A DNA stretch of 64,000 bases from Anthoceros angustus. Taxonomy: Eukaryota; Plantae; Anthocerotophyta. Below are positions 46,201 to 58,789 of the stretch, piece by piece (the first letter of the stretch is position 1; every line of letters starts with the position of its first letter). The position numbers and the translations under genes were made by a program. The stretch is taken from NCBI GenBank assembly GCA_010909165.1, contig MU008180.1, positions 61,884 to 125,883 on the forward strand, written 5' to 3'. Under the pieces are notes generated by a model that saw only the letters and a list, made by a program, of their open reading frames with translations, was not told where the DNA came from and did no database searches.

Positions 46201-49100
46201 CCTCGGAACTATCTTGTTCGTCGCCGGTGGAGTCCTCATTGAGGTATACCCTTGTAGTGCTCACGGTTTCCCCACAATAGGTGTCCTTGCTCCGGTGATA
46301 GCAACCCTCCCTTCTCGCACCTTAGGGTCCCGGTCCACCGGCTTGAAGTGAATCTCCTTCCTTCCAAAGTGTAGCTTTATGCAGGCCAACCATGGCAGAC
46401 AACACCTCATACCCTAATGGTCCGGCGGTTTGATCACAACAAAATCCGGTTTGTAGGGTGCGCGGCTATGGTGGCCAAGACTCGGTTAACTCCCGCGGAT
46501 CTCTTCTTGACATATACGCCATTCTCGAGTCTTCGTTGAGGTTGAAGGATGTGAAGCCCAATTTTCGTGCTTGGTGATGAGGTTGACTCGGACCCGTGTC
46601 CAGTACATCCTTGATGATACATCCAATCTCCACTTGTACCACTGGCCCACAGGTCCGTATGGGACACCACCCTCACTTCCACTGCTACCCTTCACGGCTT
46701 TGGTGCTCCGGGGTTTCCCCTAACGGCGGACCTCTTGTCGGTGTTGGGTTATCCCTCGGTATCGAAAGGACACAGTCTTGCGATTCATCATCGGTCGCCA
46801 CATTAAAGGCGAGGCTTCTACCCCAATCGAGGATCCTGCTGCTGCGTCCTCATCCTCTCCCGGTCACTTAGTGTTACGGTATTCTCCGGATGCTTGCGCA
46901 TTTCCTCCTGCAACATCTCGGTCACCTCCGGACTCGTCCGGTGGAAGCTAACGTCGTCGCGGGAGGCACCGTTCCTTCTCCTGTCACATGGGAGAACTTC
47001 CTTGGGTAATCCCTCGTGAGCTGCGTCAGCCCTCCTTCATCGGTCGGATCCTGCTTATTTGTTTGATTGCCTTCCTCGGCGTCGTGGCCTTCCTCGATCT
47101 TGTTCTTCTTCAATGGCGCCTTTCTCGTCGCTCCTTCCTTGACTCTGATGACACCTCAAGATTTCCATGACTCCCTTCCTTTCGACACCCCACCGTACCT
47201 TCTTGTTCTTTTCCATCTCGCGTACCTGGAATCTCTTCTTGACATATACGCCATTCTCGAGTCTTCGTTGAGGGGTTCAAGGATGTGAAGCCCAATTTTC
47301 GTGCCGTGGCTCGGTGATGAGGTTGACTCCGGACCCGTGTCCAAGTATCCTTGATGATACATCCAATCTCCACTTGTACCATCGCCCTGGGTCCGTATGG
47401 GACACCACCCTCACTTCCACTGCTACCCTTCACGGCTTTGGTGCTCCGAGGTGGGTTTCCCTAACGGCCCGACGGACCTCTTGTATTTGGGTTATCCCTC
47501 GGTGTCGAAAGGACACAAGGTGCTGATTCATCATCGGTCCGCCACATTAAAGGCGAGGCTTCTACCCCAATCGAGGATCCCGTCCTCATCCTCTCCCGGT
47601 CACTTGTTCGGTATTCTCCGGATGCTTGCGCATTTCCTCCTGCAACATCTCGGTCACCTCCGGACTACGTCCGTGGAAATCCCGGCCGGAGGCACCGTTC
47701 CTTCTCCCCCCTGCCGGAGAACTTCCTTCGGTAATCCTCCCCAGAGCTGCCCGTCCAGCCCTCCTTCATCGGATCCTCTGCTGGTATTTCCGTTTGATTG
47801 CCTTCCTCGGCGTCCGTGGCGCTTCCTCCGCCTTGTTCTTCTTCAAGCGCCTTTCTCGCCGCCTCCTTCGCCACGAGTAGACACCTCCAAGATTTCCACG
47901 ACTCCCTTCCTTTCGACACCCCACCGTACCTTCTTGTTCTTTTCCATCTCGCACTGGAATCTCTTCCCACTCCGCCAATCGAGCATCTTGACTTGCCGTG
48001 CAGTACGTCTTAGGAGGTGGCGTTGGTGGTCGAGTTCTCCGCTTGGTGTGGCATATCGTCGTCCTTGTGCGGGGTTGGGACATAGCGTCTTGCAGCCATA
48101 TGCCGGCCCTTGCGATCGCCACTGCTCGAAGTCCCCATTACCACCTCGTTGGTGCGGACACGCGTTGGAGTAATGGCGAGATTCCGCGGTTCCAACGGAC
48201 CACGGCCGTCGGAGGATACGAAGGGCTCCCATGCGGTCTTTGCATCGGTGGGGCTCGTTGTAGCGGACCTCCGGTTGGCGGATACATGGTTTTGGGATAT
48301 CGCGGCCCGGAGGGGCTTCACATGCGATAGGCCTCTTCCCATTGCTCCTCGGCCTCCTCCTCGTATTCGTAGTCCACTTGATGCACCGGCCTTGAGGCGG
48401 TTGGACTTCGAATGGCCGTGTTCTTGGCACGGCACACAGATCGTTCGCCGTGGTCGGTGTTTTCCGCGCTCTCGGTCCTTAACACAGTTTATCGCGGTCC
48501 TCTACTCTCTTTATCACTTTTCCGGGTCCTCCGCGGACTGCTACCTCCTTTGAGGAGTCGGGTCGTGAGCTTCTCGGACGGTCTTGGTGTCACCACCTCC
48601 TTCTTACCACCTTCTTTTTGGGGGCCTTCTTGCTCTTCTTCTTGCGGGATACTCTTCCTCGCTAGAGACCTCGTCTCTTCTTGGACTTGCTCCTCCTCAG
48701 ACACCTCGATTGGTCTTCCTCCTCCTCACAGACTCTTCCTCCTCGAGACTCTTCCTCCTCAGTCGAACCCGTTTCTTCTTCTTCTTCTTGCCTCCTTGAG
48801 CGGTTCTTTATCCTCGATGTAGCGATTCCTCGTAGTTTTGGCCGCTCGACCGCCTTGCCACGTCCTTCTCGGCTAGCGGCGGGGCGTGCAGCCATGGGTT
48901 TGGCTAGGCCGGCCCGAACCACCGTACCGCTTGCATCGTGGTATGGGTTGGATGCGATCCCTCGGGGCATAGAACCGCTCGATGTCTGAGCCCGGCTTCT
49001 CCTTCTTCCTCGCTTGATTTTCCAACTTTGATAATACATACCCCTCACGGTGATCCCTCGAAACCGTTCTAAGAAGGCATTTTCAAAGCTTCAAGCGAGG
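43245..49100 (-). pseudogene. gag-pol polyprotein (PR, RT, RNase H, integrase), frameshifted
   Basis: Protease D(T)GSGVNLI (~46590 and ~47330), RT fragments 45270-45614, RNase H FHVYVDVSAFAIGVVLSQ...YTTTEREALGMVYAVKKFRHYL (44696-44935), integrase GIDFVGP and WMGPHQVVQVYDNGS, C-terminal WVNGWRVKKYHA* with stop at 43245-43247. The start is approximate. Confidence 0.9.
46500..47960. repeat. ~731-bp tandem duplication covering the protease domain
   Basis: CATATACGCCATTCTCGAG at 46511 and 47243; GATTTCCA.GACTCCC at 47160 and 47891. Confidence 0.85.
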
Positions 49101-49582
49101 CGGGTGGGGCATTCTCCGGTGGTCGGTACTTTCTCCGATACCATTGAGCGGTTGTCCTCGGAGAACCCCTTGGAAAAGCTGGATGAGGCTGCGTCGACTC
49201 CCTCTCCGTTGAAGTTGGCTTTGGACATGAAGTCCTCCACAAAGGTCTCGCATCCGCTCCTTCTTCCCTCCGAATATGGAGTCGCTTGTTTGGTCGGTAG
49301 GGGCCATGGCTGCGCCATCGATGGGTTAGGCGTGGGCATCCTACCTTCTTCCGTTGGCGTCCCTTGTACCCGTACTCGTCTTGGTCCGACAATTCGACCA
49401 CGTTCTCCTCCTCGATCGGCGGTGCTCTCTCGTTGGGTTTGGCGTCTCTCTCTCTCTCACGGCTCGGAGAGCACGCGAGGTGACCACGTCCGATCCTCCC
49501 AGTTCACTCTTGACCGTCGCTCGCGCCACGCATTCACTTACCTTCTCTTCCTAAGGGCGCACTGCGGCACAGGACGATTTCA

Positions 49583-49597
49583 TTCCCGGCGGCGCCA
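49583..49597 (-). promoter_or_regulatory. Primer-binding site, tRNA-Asp-like
   Basis: Minus-strand TGGCGCCGCCGGGAA lies 3 nt after the LTR CA. It resembles the Athila-type TGGCGCCGTTGCCGGGGA with a small deletion. Confidence 0.7.
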
Positions 49598-49600
49598 AAA

Positions 49601-52600
49601 TGTGGCGGACTTTTTGATGGCGGTAGCGCACAATCCGTGTCGTTGTAGGAAGAAGTCCGTTCCCAAAGGGAATGATAGGCCCGTTTGCGTTTGATTCTTA
49701 CCTTTCGTTGGGTCCGCACACACACTACTCTACACTTCCGTTCACACGGGCCGGTATGGCCAAGCGTTTGAGACCCGTTCGCGTCCGTATCGTTCACATC
49801 CTCGATCCTTTCCTCTCTCTCTCGCTACAGTCTTAGAAAAAGCGCGGTTCTGATCCGGACCTCCTCGTTTCCGGCCTCTCCGGGCTCTACACCCTCCCAG
49901 TTCCTCCGGCTCACCGCGTTCGATCCGGCGGGCGACGCGGCTCCGAACGCGGTCACTTCCCCGCACACACCACAGCGTTAAGTCCGTCACGGGACCTTGA
50001 TCAATCTCCCGGGCGCCGTGCACCTTTCGGTGACTCGGGACTCACGTTAGCAAGAAGACTCACAAAGGTGCAAGCGGCATCAACACCAAGAGAAAGATGC
50101 TTTACTAGAACCTCGGCCCTCTCTCTGCGCCCAAGGCGGCGTCTTTATTACACCCCTATTAGCGTGTATTTCGGTATACCTAATCGGACCATCCTATTTC
50201 CTCCCCTATCTCCTTCGCCATTGTGGTGGGAAGGTCACAGGCCTCGGAATGGGTGGTCAATCCCGTCACAGCGGTTGTGGCGCAATCGGATGATCCGTGG
50301 CGGGCCCTCCTCTCTCCGGAATCACAGCCGGGTTGGGCTCTGGCGGTCGACAGCCGTTACCACGGCGTCATCCTCCCACAGCCTCCCCACAGGTCCCGGT
50401 GGGGCCGGCTCTGCTCCCCTAAGCGTAAGTCGAAGGGGCTCCTCCTTGCCGATCCGGTCCTCGAGGTCTGTCTCGACTCACGAACTTGAGTCCGGCTTAT
50501 TCTGAGTCCGGCTAGGTCCGACCTTGTCTGGGGTCCGGACCTCGAGTCCGGACTTATTAGAGTCCGGACTTGAGTCGGCCTCCCAGTCCGGACAAAGTCG
50601 GACTCACGCCCACCGGTTTCCTCCCTCACGGGACTCCTCAGTGGCTCTCCTCGAAGTCCTCCAGTTCCCGATCGCTGAGCTCCTTCGTTGGCCCTCCTTC
50701 CATGGTGAGGTGCGGGGTGCTTACCTCGATCGCATCGCGCTCCTCGTTCTGCTCCTCATTGCTCCTCTCCGCTCCGTCATCTCAAGCAGGGGCCACTAGG
50801 GTCCTGTCTTTGTCCCGTGGCCTTCATCTCCTTGAGCCTTCCGGGGTCCGTCCGTCAGGGCGCCGAGAGGCTTCTCGCCTTGGGGGCTCGGCGTGGTAAT
50901 AGGCAAAGTCAGATCGACTTGTTGAATTGCCTCTTCCACGTGTGCGGGCACCGATACTCCCTCCGCCATAAGTGTTCGGGAGGGGTCTTTGCCCGGCTTG
51001 TTGGGCCACCTCTCCACCCAGTTGGTGGGCGGTATCACGAGGCTACAAGGCGGCCTCGGTCACCTCCTGCAGCCTGTTGCTCCACACTGCTCCGGCTCCG
51101 TCGTTTCCTCTCCATTGCCGCTTACCGCCATAGCGCGGCGTTCCCTTCCGCCTTTCTCGGTGGACCGGCTTCTTTTACCTTCCGGTGCTCGCGCTCCGTT
51201 CATTACGGCCTTTAGCTCATGACTCCCTCTCCGGTGATCTACCTCAGGCTCGGACTTCCTCCGGCTCATACAGCACAGCAGCGTCCAACTCCTTGGATAG
51301 TCGCCGATTTTCCTCCGTCTTGAGACGGGCTGGCACTCTATTTCGTGCTCGTCGTGGATTCTCTCGTTGAGAATCACTGCGCTCAAGCGCATCTTGGGTT
51401 GTAGCTCCAGTGTCCTTCATCCTCCATCTGCGCCCAAGGCGGCGTCTTACCCCTATTACGGTGATAGCCATTTCGGTATACCTAATCGGCCTACCATCTA
51501 TTTCCTCCCCTATCTCCTTCGCCATTGTGTGGGAAGGTCCCCCGCCTCGGAATGGGTGGTCAATCCCGTCACAGCGGTTGTGCACCCAATCGGATGATCC
51601 GTGGTGAGGCCCTCCTCTCCGGAATCACAGCCGGGTTGGGCTCTGGCGGTCGACAACGTTACGTCATCCTCCCACAGCCTCCCCACAGGTCCTTGGGTGG
51701 GGCCACTATCTGCTCCCCTAAGCGTAAGTCGAAGGGGCTCCTCCTTCTTGCCCGATCCGGTCCTCGAGGTCTGTCTCGACTCACGAACTTGAGTCGGCCT
51801 CCCCACAGGTCGGCGCTGGGTCACCTTGTCTGGGGTCCGGACCTCGAGTCCGGACTTATTCAGGTCGGACTTGGTCCGGCCTCCCCTAGTCGGACAAAGT
51901 CCGGACTCACGCCCAGGTTTCCTCCCTCACGGGACTCCTCAGTGGCTCTCCCTCGAAGTCCTTCCTGTTCCCGATCGCCCAGTGACTCGCCGTTGGCCCT
52001 CCTTCCATGGTGAGGTGCGGGGTGCTTACCTCGATCGCATCGCGCTCCCTCGTTACGCTCCTCATTGCTCCTCTCCCGCGCTCCGTCATCTCAAGCAGGG
52101 GCCACTAGGGTCCTGTCTTTGTCCCGTGGCCTTCATCTCCTTGAGCCTTCCGGGGTCCGTCCGTTTGTTGGTGTCGAGGCTTCGCCGGGGCTCGGCGTGG
52201 TAATAGGCAAAGTCAGATCGACTTGTTGAATTGCCTCTTCCACGTGTGCGGGCACCGATACTCCCTCGCCATAAGTGTTAGGTCTTTGCCCGGCTTGTTG
52301 GGCCACCTCTCTGCCCGGTTGTGGTGGGGCCTGTATCACGCGAGGCTACAAGGCGCCTCGGTCACCTCCTGCATTGCCTGTTGCTCCGGCTCCGTCGTTT
52401 CCTCTCCATTGCCGGCTTACCGCCATAGCGCGGCGTTCCCTTCCGCCTTTCTCGGTGGACGGCGGCTTCTTTTACCTTCCGGTGCTCGCGCTCCTCCGTT
52501 CATTACGGCTGCTCTCCCTCTCAGTGATCGGATACCTCCGTCCTCGGACTTCCTCCGGCTCATACAGCAGCGTCCAACTCCTTGGATAGTCGCGATTTTC

Positions 52601-55187
52601 CTCCGTCTTGAGACGGGCTGGCACTCTATTTCGTGCTCGAAGTGGATTCTCTCGTTGAGAATCACTGCTGCTCAAGCGCATCTTGGGTTGTAGCTCCAGC
52701 GTGTCGTCCTCCATCTCCTCCTCTCCTCTACTTCCTGCGGTACTCGGAGATCTCCTATCTCCCAGTGCCTCCATCTCCTCCTTGGCTGCACGCTCCATAG
52801 CCTTTGTCTGCGGCCTTGAGTTAGCCTCGGTCACTGCGTGACTCTCTCCACGGTTCCGATCACGTCAGTGATCCGGTCGCTCTTCTTGTGACTTGAGCTC
52901 CTTCGCCGCCTTTACAGGCCTCGCCCACTTGGCCTCTGGCCGCCTCCGCCCCGAGCTCTCTGCTTGTGCCGGGCCTCTTCCGCCTCTGCTGCGCTTCCCC
53001 CTTCGCTGCAAGGTCCTCCGCCCGCTTGGCCTCCAGGCTTGCTTGGTGCCTGGTGAAGAACCTTGGATCTGTGAACCGGGCCTCGCGCTCCACCAGGCGT
53101 TCCCTTCCTCGATCCGGCGAGGGACTCCGCCTTTCCTTTGCCCCACGGCCGCCTTCACTTGCTCTTGGGTTCCACCATCCTCCTCGGGTGGCCTCCACTT
53201 CACAGGTCTTCTCCATTTGAGACCCCAAAGCATTCCGTCCATGGCGGTAGCGGACTTCTGTTTCTTCCACGGCCGTGAGGCCCCACAAAGTCCGTAGTGG
53301 GGCCGGCATTTCTCGATCGCCAAGGACCTCCATACCCATGATCGGAGTAAGTCGGGGTGGGTTCTCGGACCTAATCGGGACCCTCGGGTCTGAGTGGTGA
53401 GTCAGGAGTCTCACCCTCTTGGCCCTCTTGGCCTCTAACTCCTTTGTGCCCTCTTTCTCACAGGGCTCGGAGGAGGTGAGGGGTCGGGAGCAAGCTCTTT
53501 TGCCCCTTCACAGCCGGGGCAGGCCGGCTCGAGGTGGGGCTGCGCGTGACCTCCTTGGGCCACGTCCCTTCGCCTCCCGCCTCTTGACCTCTTGCCACTC
53601 AGGTGGGGGTAAATGCCGGCACCTTGAGGTCTTTGCGTTGGTAAGCGGCACCGTCTTCCGCCTCTTGGCTCCAGTTCGTCGGGGCTCGGCGGCCGTCGTG
53701 GTTGTTGGGCTGCATCTGCCGGTGCGGGCCGCCTCCGGCATCGCTCCCTCCTGTCTTGCTCGGAGGGCACCAAAAGGAGGAAGGGGAATCTCCTCCCAAA
53801 CTTCCACAGGTGGTGAGGGGTTCGCTCGGCGTATGAGTCAGGAATCCTCGATCGTCCTCCTCCAGTCGCTTGGTCTTGAAGGGCGACCCCCACCTCAGGC
53901 GCCCTTGCACGCTCTACTTGGCGGGGCCTCCGGCCCCTTGGGCGCCGCTCAAGCTCTCCTCCTTGAGCTCGAAATGTCCCCATACATGAATCGGTATGGG
54001 GTCGATGATGGCGAGGCTTCTCGCTCCTTAGCTTGCGTGCCTCTGGCCGGGCGAAGATAATCCTTCCCGGTCGCTCTCTTCCCATTGGGCGCATGCGAGA
54101 ATACCAGGTTATCACCAAGGTGATCCACCTTGGTGGCGAGTTCAATGGACAATGATCCGGGCTACCGCCCTTACTCGTATCCGGCGGATCGGATATCAAC
54201 CATCCGTTGGTTGTCCGCTGCGTTCGAGCCTCGGCATCGCGGCCCTATCTTCCCTTCGCCTTAAGGGGCTCGGCACCACGCCCCTTCTTCCTCCTTGGGC
54301 GGTTGTAGGCCATCCTCGGACCTCAAGGTCCATCGCCTCGGGTCCTCCGGAGGTTCTTGGATCGGACCTCCTTGTTGATCGCCGGCATCTTGGGCAAACT
54401 CCGGACCTAGAGCGTTGAAGGTCGACCATTTGGAACATCCAGTGCCATTCCCCACCAATTCCCACTTCCTCCGGCCGGGGCCGAAGTCCGGATAGCGCCG
54501 GGTCACAATGTTGCGCTCCACGGTCCATGGCTCCCAGACTCCGGCTTTTGGGTGCCATTGCTTTCTCCTCCTCTTGTTCTTTGTAGGCTGGCGAGTCGTA
54601 CGATGTTCCTCCCGCGCGTTGCTCTCCAACCGGTGAGCGCGCTCTGGCGGCGCGCCCAAAAGATGGCGCGAGCCGGATTGCGGGCGCAAGGGGTATGAGG
54701 ATTGCGGAGGCTGGCAATGACCTCCCTCCTTGGCGCTTGTGGAAATGCTGGCGGGCGCCTCTTCGTTGTCCGTAGCGCGAGTGCATGGCTTACTCGACCC
54801 TCGCGCTTACTTACTCGGCCTTCGCGCGCGCGTGAATACTGCCTGCGGCCTCGGCAGGTTACGGTCTGACCTCTGCATGCCCGACCTCCACTCGGGGCCG
54901 TCCGTGGCGCCGCCTCGTCATCCTCACGCCTCGCTCCTAGGTTACTTTCACTGGCGTACTTATCCTGTTTTGACACAGGTGGGTTCGGACTTATCCGTTA
55001 CTCGGCGTAGTCCGGAGCTTGCCATAGTGGTGGGGTCCGTTGTTCACTCAGTCGGAGTATACTCGAGCCTCGTCCGAAGCGCTACCCCAATTTATTCCTC
55101 CTTTTCCGCCTTATTTATCCTTCAATCCTAAAAAAAAACAGAAACCCTACTTATTTCTTAACTCCCCAGGGAAGTGCATAGCCCACA
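49601..55187 (-). repeat. 5' LTR (~5.6 kb) with a private 1.3-kb internal tandem duplication
   Basis: Runs TGTGGCGG...GCATAGCCCACA. CTGCGCCCAAGGCGGCGTCTT occurs at 50125 and 51428. Confidence 0.9.
52300..54558 (-). pseudogene. LTR-embedded accessory ORF, 5' LTR copy
   Basis: ATG at 54558 (MAPKSRSLGAMD); same DHLGDNL/IIFAR/PYRFMYG segments as the other copies. The 3' end is approximate. Confidence 0.55.
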
Positions 55188-55419
55188 ATACTTTAAAGGG
55201 TAGCCGGAAAAAAAGGAAGGTGCTCACTTCTAAACGAGGTGAAGAATTGTTCGTAGCTATGACTAGCAATTTTGTGGAACAATTAAAAGACACAGAAGCC
55301 AACAAAGACAAGTGACACAAAGCTCACATGGATTTCCAAGAGAGAGTGCACCAGGACATTATGGAGCACAATCGTGCTCTTGTGCAGTCACAGAACCATA
55401 TAGGTGAAGGTTTTGTGCA

Positions 55420-56471
55420 TGCATTCATGAAGATAGGTGATGCCTTGAACAAGATAGGAGATGCCATCTCTCCACGGTCAATCAGCACGTTATGTAGGTA
55501 GCAGCAGCACATCAAGAGTGCCCACAATGTGTCAATGTTAGTCTTCCAAATGGTTTTCCCTAACATTCTCCACGTGCCTTTAAGCTTACTGAATGCTCGT
55601 TCTACCACCATGCGAGTAGAAGAATGCTTAAAATTGAAGTAGTCTTTCTTCACAGAAATATTTCTCCCCGGAAATGGTGTAAGGAGCCATGGCAGTGAGG
55701 GGTATCCCGCGTCTCCCACAATGTACTCCCTGAAACTGAAGTTGCTCACATCAATGTCCTCACATTCGAGGATATCTTACGCCATAGCTTTTCGATGAAG
55801 TGCAATTACTCAAGATCCTTGCATCATTTACGAACCGGAACCCGGACATCTATAAAGCATCTTCATGTCAACTACCCTTGGATGCGAGACACGACTCATG
55901 ATTACGATCGAGTAATCGGGTTGTTCCGGGACATGAGCTCCATTTTGATCTGTGTTACGTCAATTGGGCCACAGCAGTTGACTAATCCTTGATGCCTTTC
56001 AAATTCTGCCTTGCAGGTAGCTAGAGCTTCTCCTTGTGGCCAAGCGATATGGTGTCTCCCTCTTCTGATCATGGCTCTAATGAATCGCCACATAATTTTC
56101 GAAGCTGTAGATTCAGCTACACCAAAGAGTTCCCCAATGGACTTGAGAGCATCCCCTGTGGCAAGTCTTCTAATTGCTAGAGCCACTTGGATGTCAACCA
56201 ATAGTTGCCTGTTTAGAATCCATCGTAGAGCTAATGGTGTCTTCCTAGTCGGATCCACAGCCACCAAGCTACACACATACTCAAATGTGGCAGGTGTCAT
56301 TCTAAAAAACTCTCTGAAACGCTCAGGATCAGCTGTCCATGTTGCTTCCTTAAAAAGGGACCACCAAGCCAAACTCCTGTCCTTGATATATTGGTCACTA
56401 GGAGTACGTCGCTTGCGTGAAAGAACTGAAATGTGAGTGGAAGCAAGAAGGAACATCATGGAAGAAATCAT
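55420..56471 (-). pseudogene. Harbinger (DDE_Tnp_4, HARBI1/ALP1-like) transposase, frameshifted
   Basis: FREFFRMTPATFEYVC, LATGDALKSIGELFGVAESTASKI, NCCGPIDVTQI, frameshifted GSVNDARIL, YIVGDAGYPSLPWLLTPF, FNFKHSSTRMVVERAFSKLKGTWRML, CCYLHN. Confidence 0.9.
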
Positions 56472-58789
56472 AAGTGCACCTTCTTTAGCATTCTGGCCAT
56501 GCTTGCATGAAGGAAGCCCTTTAGGTTGTGGTGAAGATAATTTTATCAGAAAGTGTGCAATGCATCAAGCAAGACCTAAACACACAACGAGATTTTTGTT
56601 CTTATCATGGCCACACATAGAATCAATGTCCTGAGCGGCCATGCGCTAAGCTGCATCACGGGCTTCCATCGGCGCTCAAAGTGAAGAATAAACAATCAGA
56701 CTCAAGTGACTCGCATGAGTGCGAGCTTGGCCGGACTCGCATGAGCGCCGGTAGGTCGCTGCAGTGATGAGTAGCCGATGAAGGTCCTTTTTTTATGAAA
56801 AGAATGCACATAGCGAAGCCATGGAAAGTGGCAATACCGTTCCAGTCCAACTGCAAGTTGAAAAAGCCGCCGTAAATATCGGCCCTAATGGAAACCAGCC
56901 CTTAGGGGCCGGTTCACACCGGGCCTCGTGTGAGGCGGGGATCTGACAATAAGAGCCCAGCCTTCTTGTCCACGATGGCAATTTGCTCCAAGGGCATCTC
57001 ACAACGGCCATCCCCTTCCCATAAATCCGAGTCCCAAATTTTGTGTCTAAGAAAATATCGTAATTTTTATTTAACTACTTGGTTTTTTACAGCGTGTAGA
57101 ATGTTTTTGAGTTTTGTACGCGTGGATCCTGGTGGCGTGACAGCTGAGCGCACTATTGTCTCTTTGCTCATATTCTCGTGTGAAATGTTAACTAGTCCTT
57201 CTCTCTAAGATAACAGACCTTCCGGGGCACAAGGACCCTCACCCATTCACTTGCTATTTGTCTCACACATTCAGAGATGCTTCTATGGACTTACGTATGG
57301 AATGAGACTGCTGATGAATGACCCTCTCTGTATGCTGGAAAGAACCTGGGTAGGCTGGTCAGGCTATGAGAACAATGTGACTTGTTGTTACAGTGTCACT
57401 ACAGGGGTCCAGAGGGGGTGTCTACATCGTGACGGGGTTCAGCTCTCGTGAACACCAAGCCATGTTTTACACACACACACGTGAGTAGAACTCCAAGCAC
57501 AACTGACCATCAACAATTTAGCCTTCGGAGAATCACGAAACACACAACAAAGATGTGTGGGGAACTGTCCAGCTAGAATGCTGGTAGAGCCACGGCACAA
57601 GAGCTTAGAAGCTCCGCAGTGAGCAAGGGGGCATAGCCTCTTCCATTGCCGAATGTGTGTTCACCAAATTACAATGACTGCTACTTGTAGTGAAAGTCCT
57701 TGCTAAAATTGGCCCTACTTCAAACTTATGGCGCCTACTAGGATCCTAGGCACAACTAGCCATTAAGAGACGACGTTGCAAAGTCTTCTTGCTCTCAAAT
57801 AGAAAGCTTCATTCACACCACACAAATTATTTTCCTTGGTGTTTCATTCTCATCCTCGCACAGAAACATGAGTTTTTAGTTATTCATTTTAAAATTAGGT
57901 TTAAGATTGTACGTACATAAAAATATATGGAAAGCAGATATACACGAATGAAACGTTGTTTAAGTCTCTACATGTTCTGCGACTTTGACGTACCCCGTAA
58001 CTGTGGAAGTTAGTCACGTTACTTGTTATTGGTTCCAAGACGGAGGCAAGCAAGTGTCAGTTTGATCTTGCACGTTTTGCAGAAGCAAAGCAAATTGACA
58101 AGCCACGTAAGGGACACGTGCACGCACACCAATTTTCACTGTGAACGCGTTGACATCCTCGTCACCGGCCCTCGGCCAATGAATATGCCGGGTCAGGCCG
58201 GTATCAGCGCGGTGTAAACTAGTCCTAAGCGAGGATTCACACTATGACGGGTCTTAATTGACCAGTCAGTGCCGCGTCACGGCTTTGCTCCGGGTGGTGA
58301 CCTACTCGAACGCCCTCGGCATTCACATATGACCGGTGGTAGTGGCTGGTGGTCGGCAAGAGTTTAGGGCGGAGTTTACTGTTGTATCGTAAAACTTACC
58401 AAACAAAATTTCTCTCATTCCCCGAACTTCTTTCACGCTCTATAATTCACTTGTGGGCACTTCATCTTGCTTACATAAAATCTGCACGTTCCCTCTTTAT
58501 CCTTATGCGAGTCAGGTCGACTGTCATTGCGCTTAGTGTTGTGGTGCAGAGCGAGTTGGAGTAGAGCTTATGCAAATTATCATGCATGAAAATGATGAGG
58601 TATATTTTTTAAAAAAATATAATAAAGTAAATTATTTAGTTTGCATGATAATTTTTTGGTCTTTATAGGCACTCAATGATACCATACTTTTAGGGTTAGT
58701 AATATTGTGTGCTATGGAGATCATATCCTCCACCCATATGATGATGGAGCTGCTGCAACAATGATTCAATTACAGCAGGAAAAGAGATA

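Larger units (their letters stand above)
37395..55187 (-). mobile_element. Full-length Ty3/gypsy LTR retrotransposon (non-chromovirus, Athila/Tat-like), 17.8 kb
   Basis: TG at 37395, CA at 55186-55187, and 5-bp TSD ATACT at 37390-37394 and 55188-55192. Has two LTRs, PBS, PPT, and gag-PR-RT-RH-INT order on the minus strand. Confidence 0.95.
36300..56901. mobile_element. PIF/Harbinger DNA transposon (~2.8 kb native) interrupted by the 17.8-kb gypsy element
   Basis: Perfect 14-bp TIRs GGGCTGGTTTCCAT (36300-36313) and ATGGAAACCAGCCC (56888-56901), with TAA/TTA flanks. Encloses a trihelix/Myb ORF (+) and a DDE transposase (-). Confidence 0.85.

Noticed and set aside
37395-55187. Dating the insertion from LTR-LTR divergence
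   Set aside because: Differences are dominated by 1-bp indels that look like sequencing error, so any age would be unreliable.
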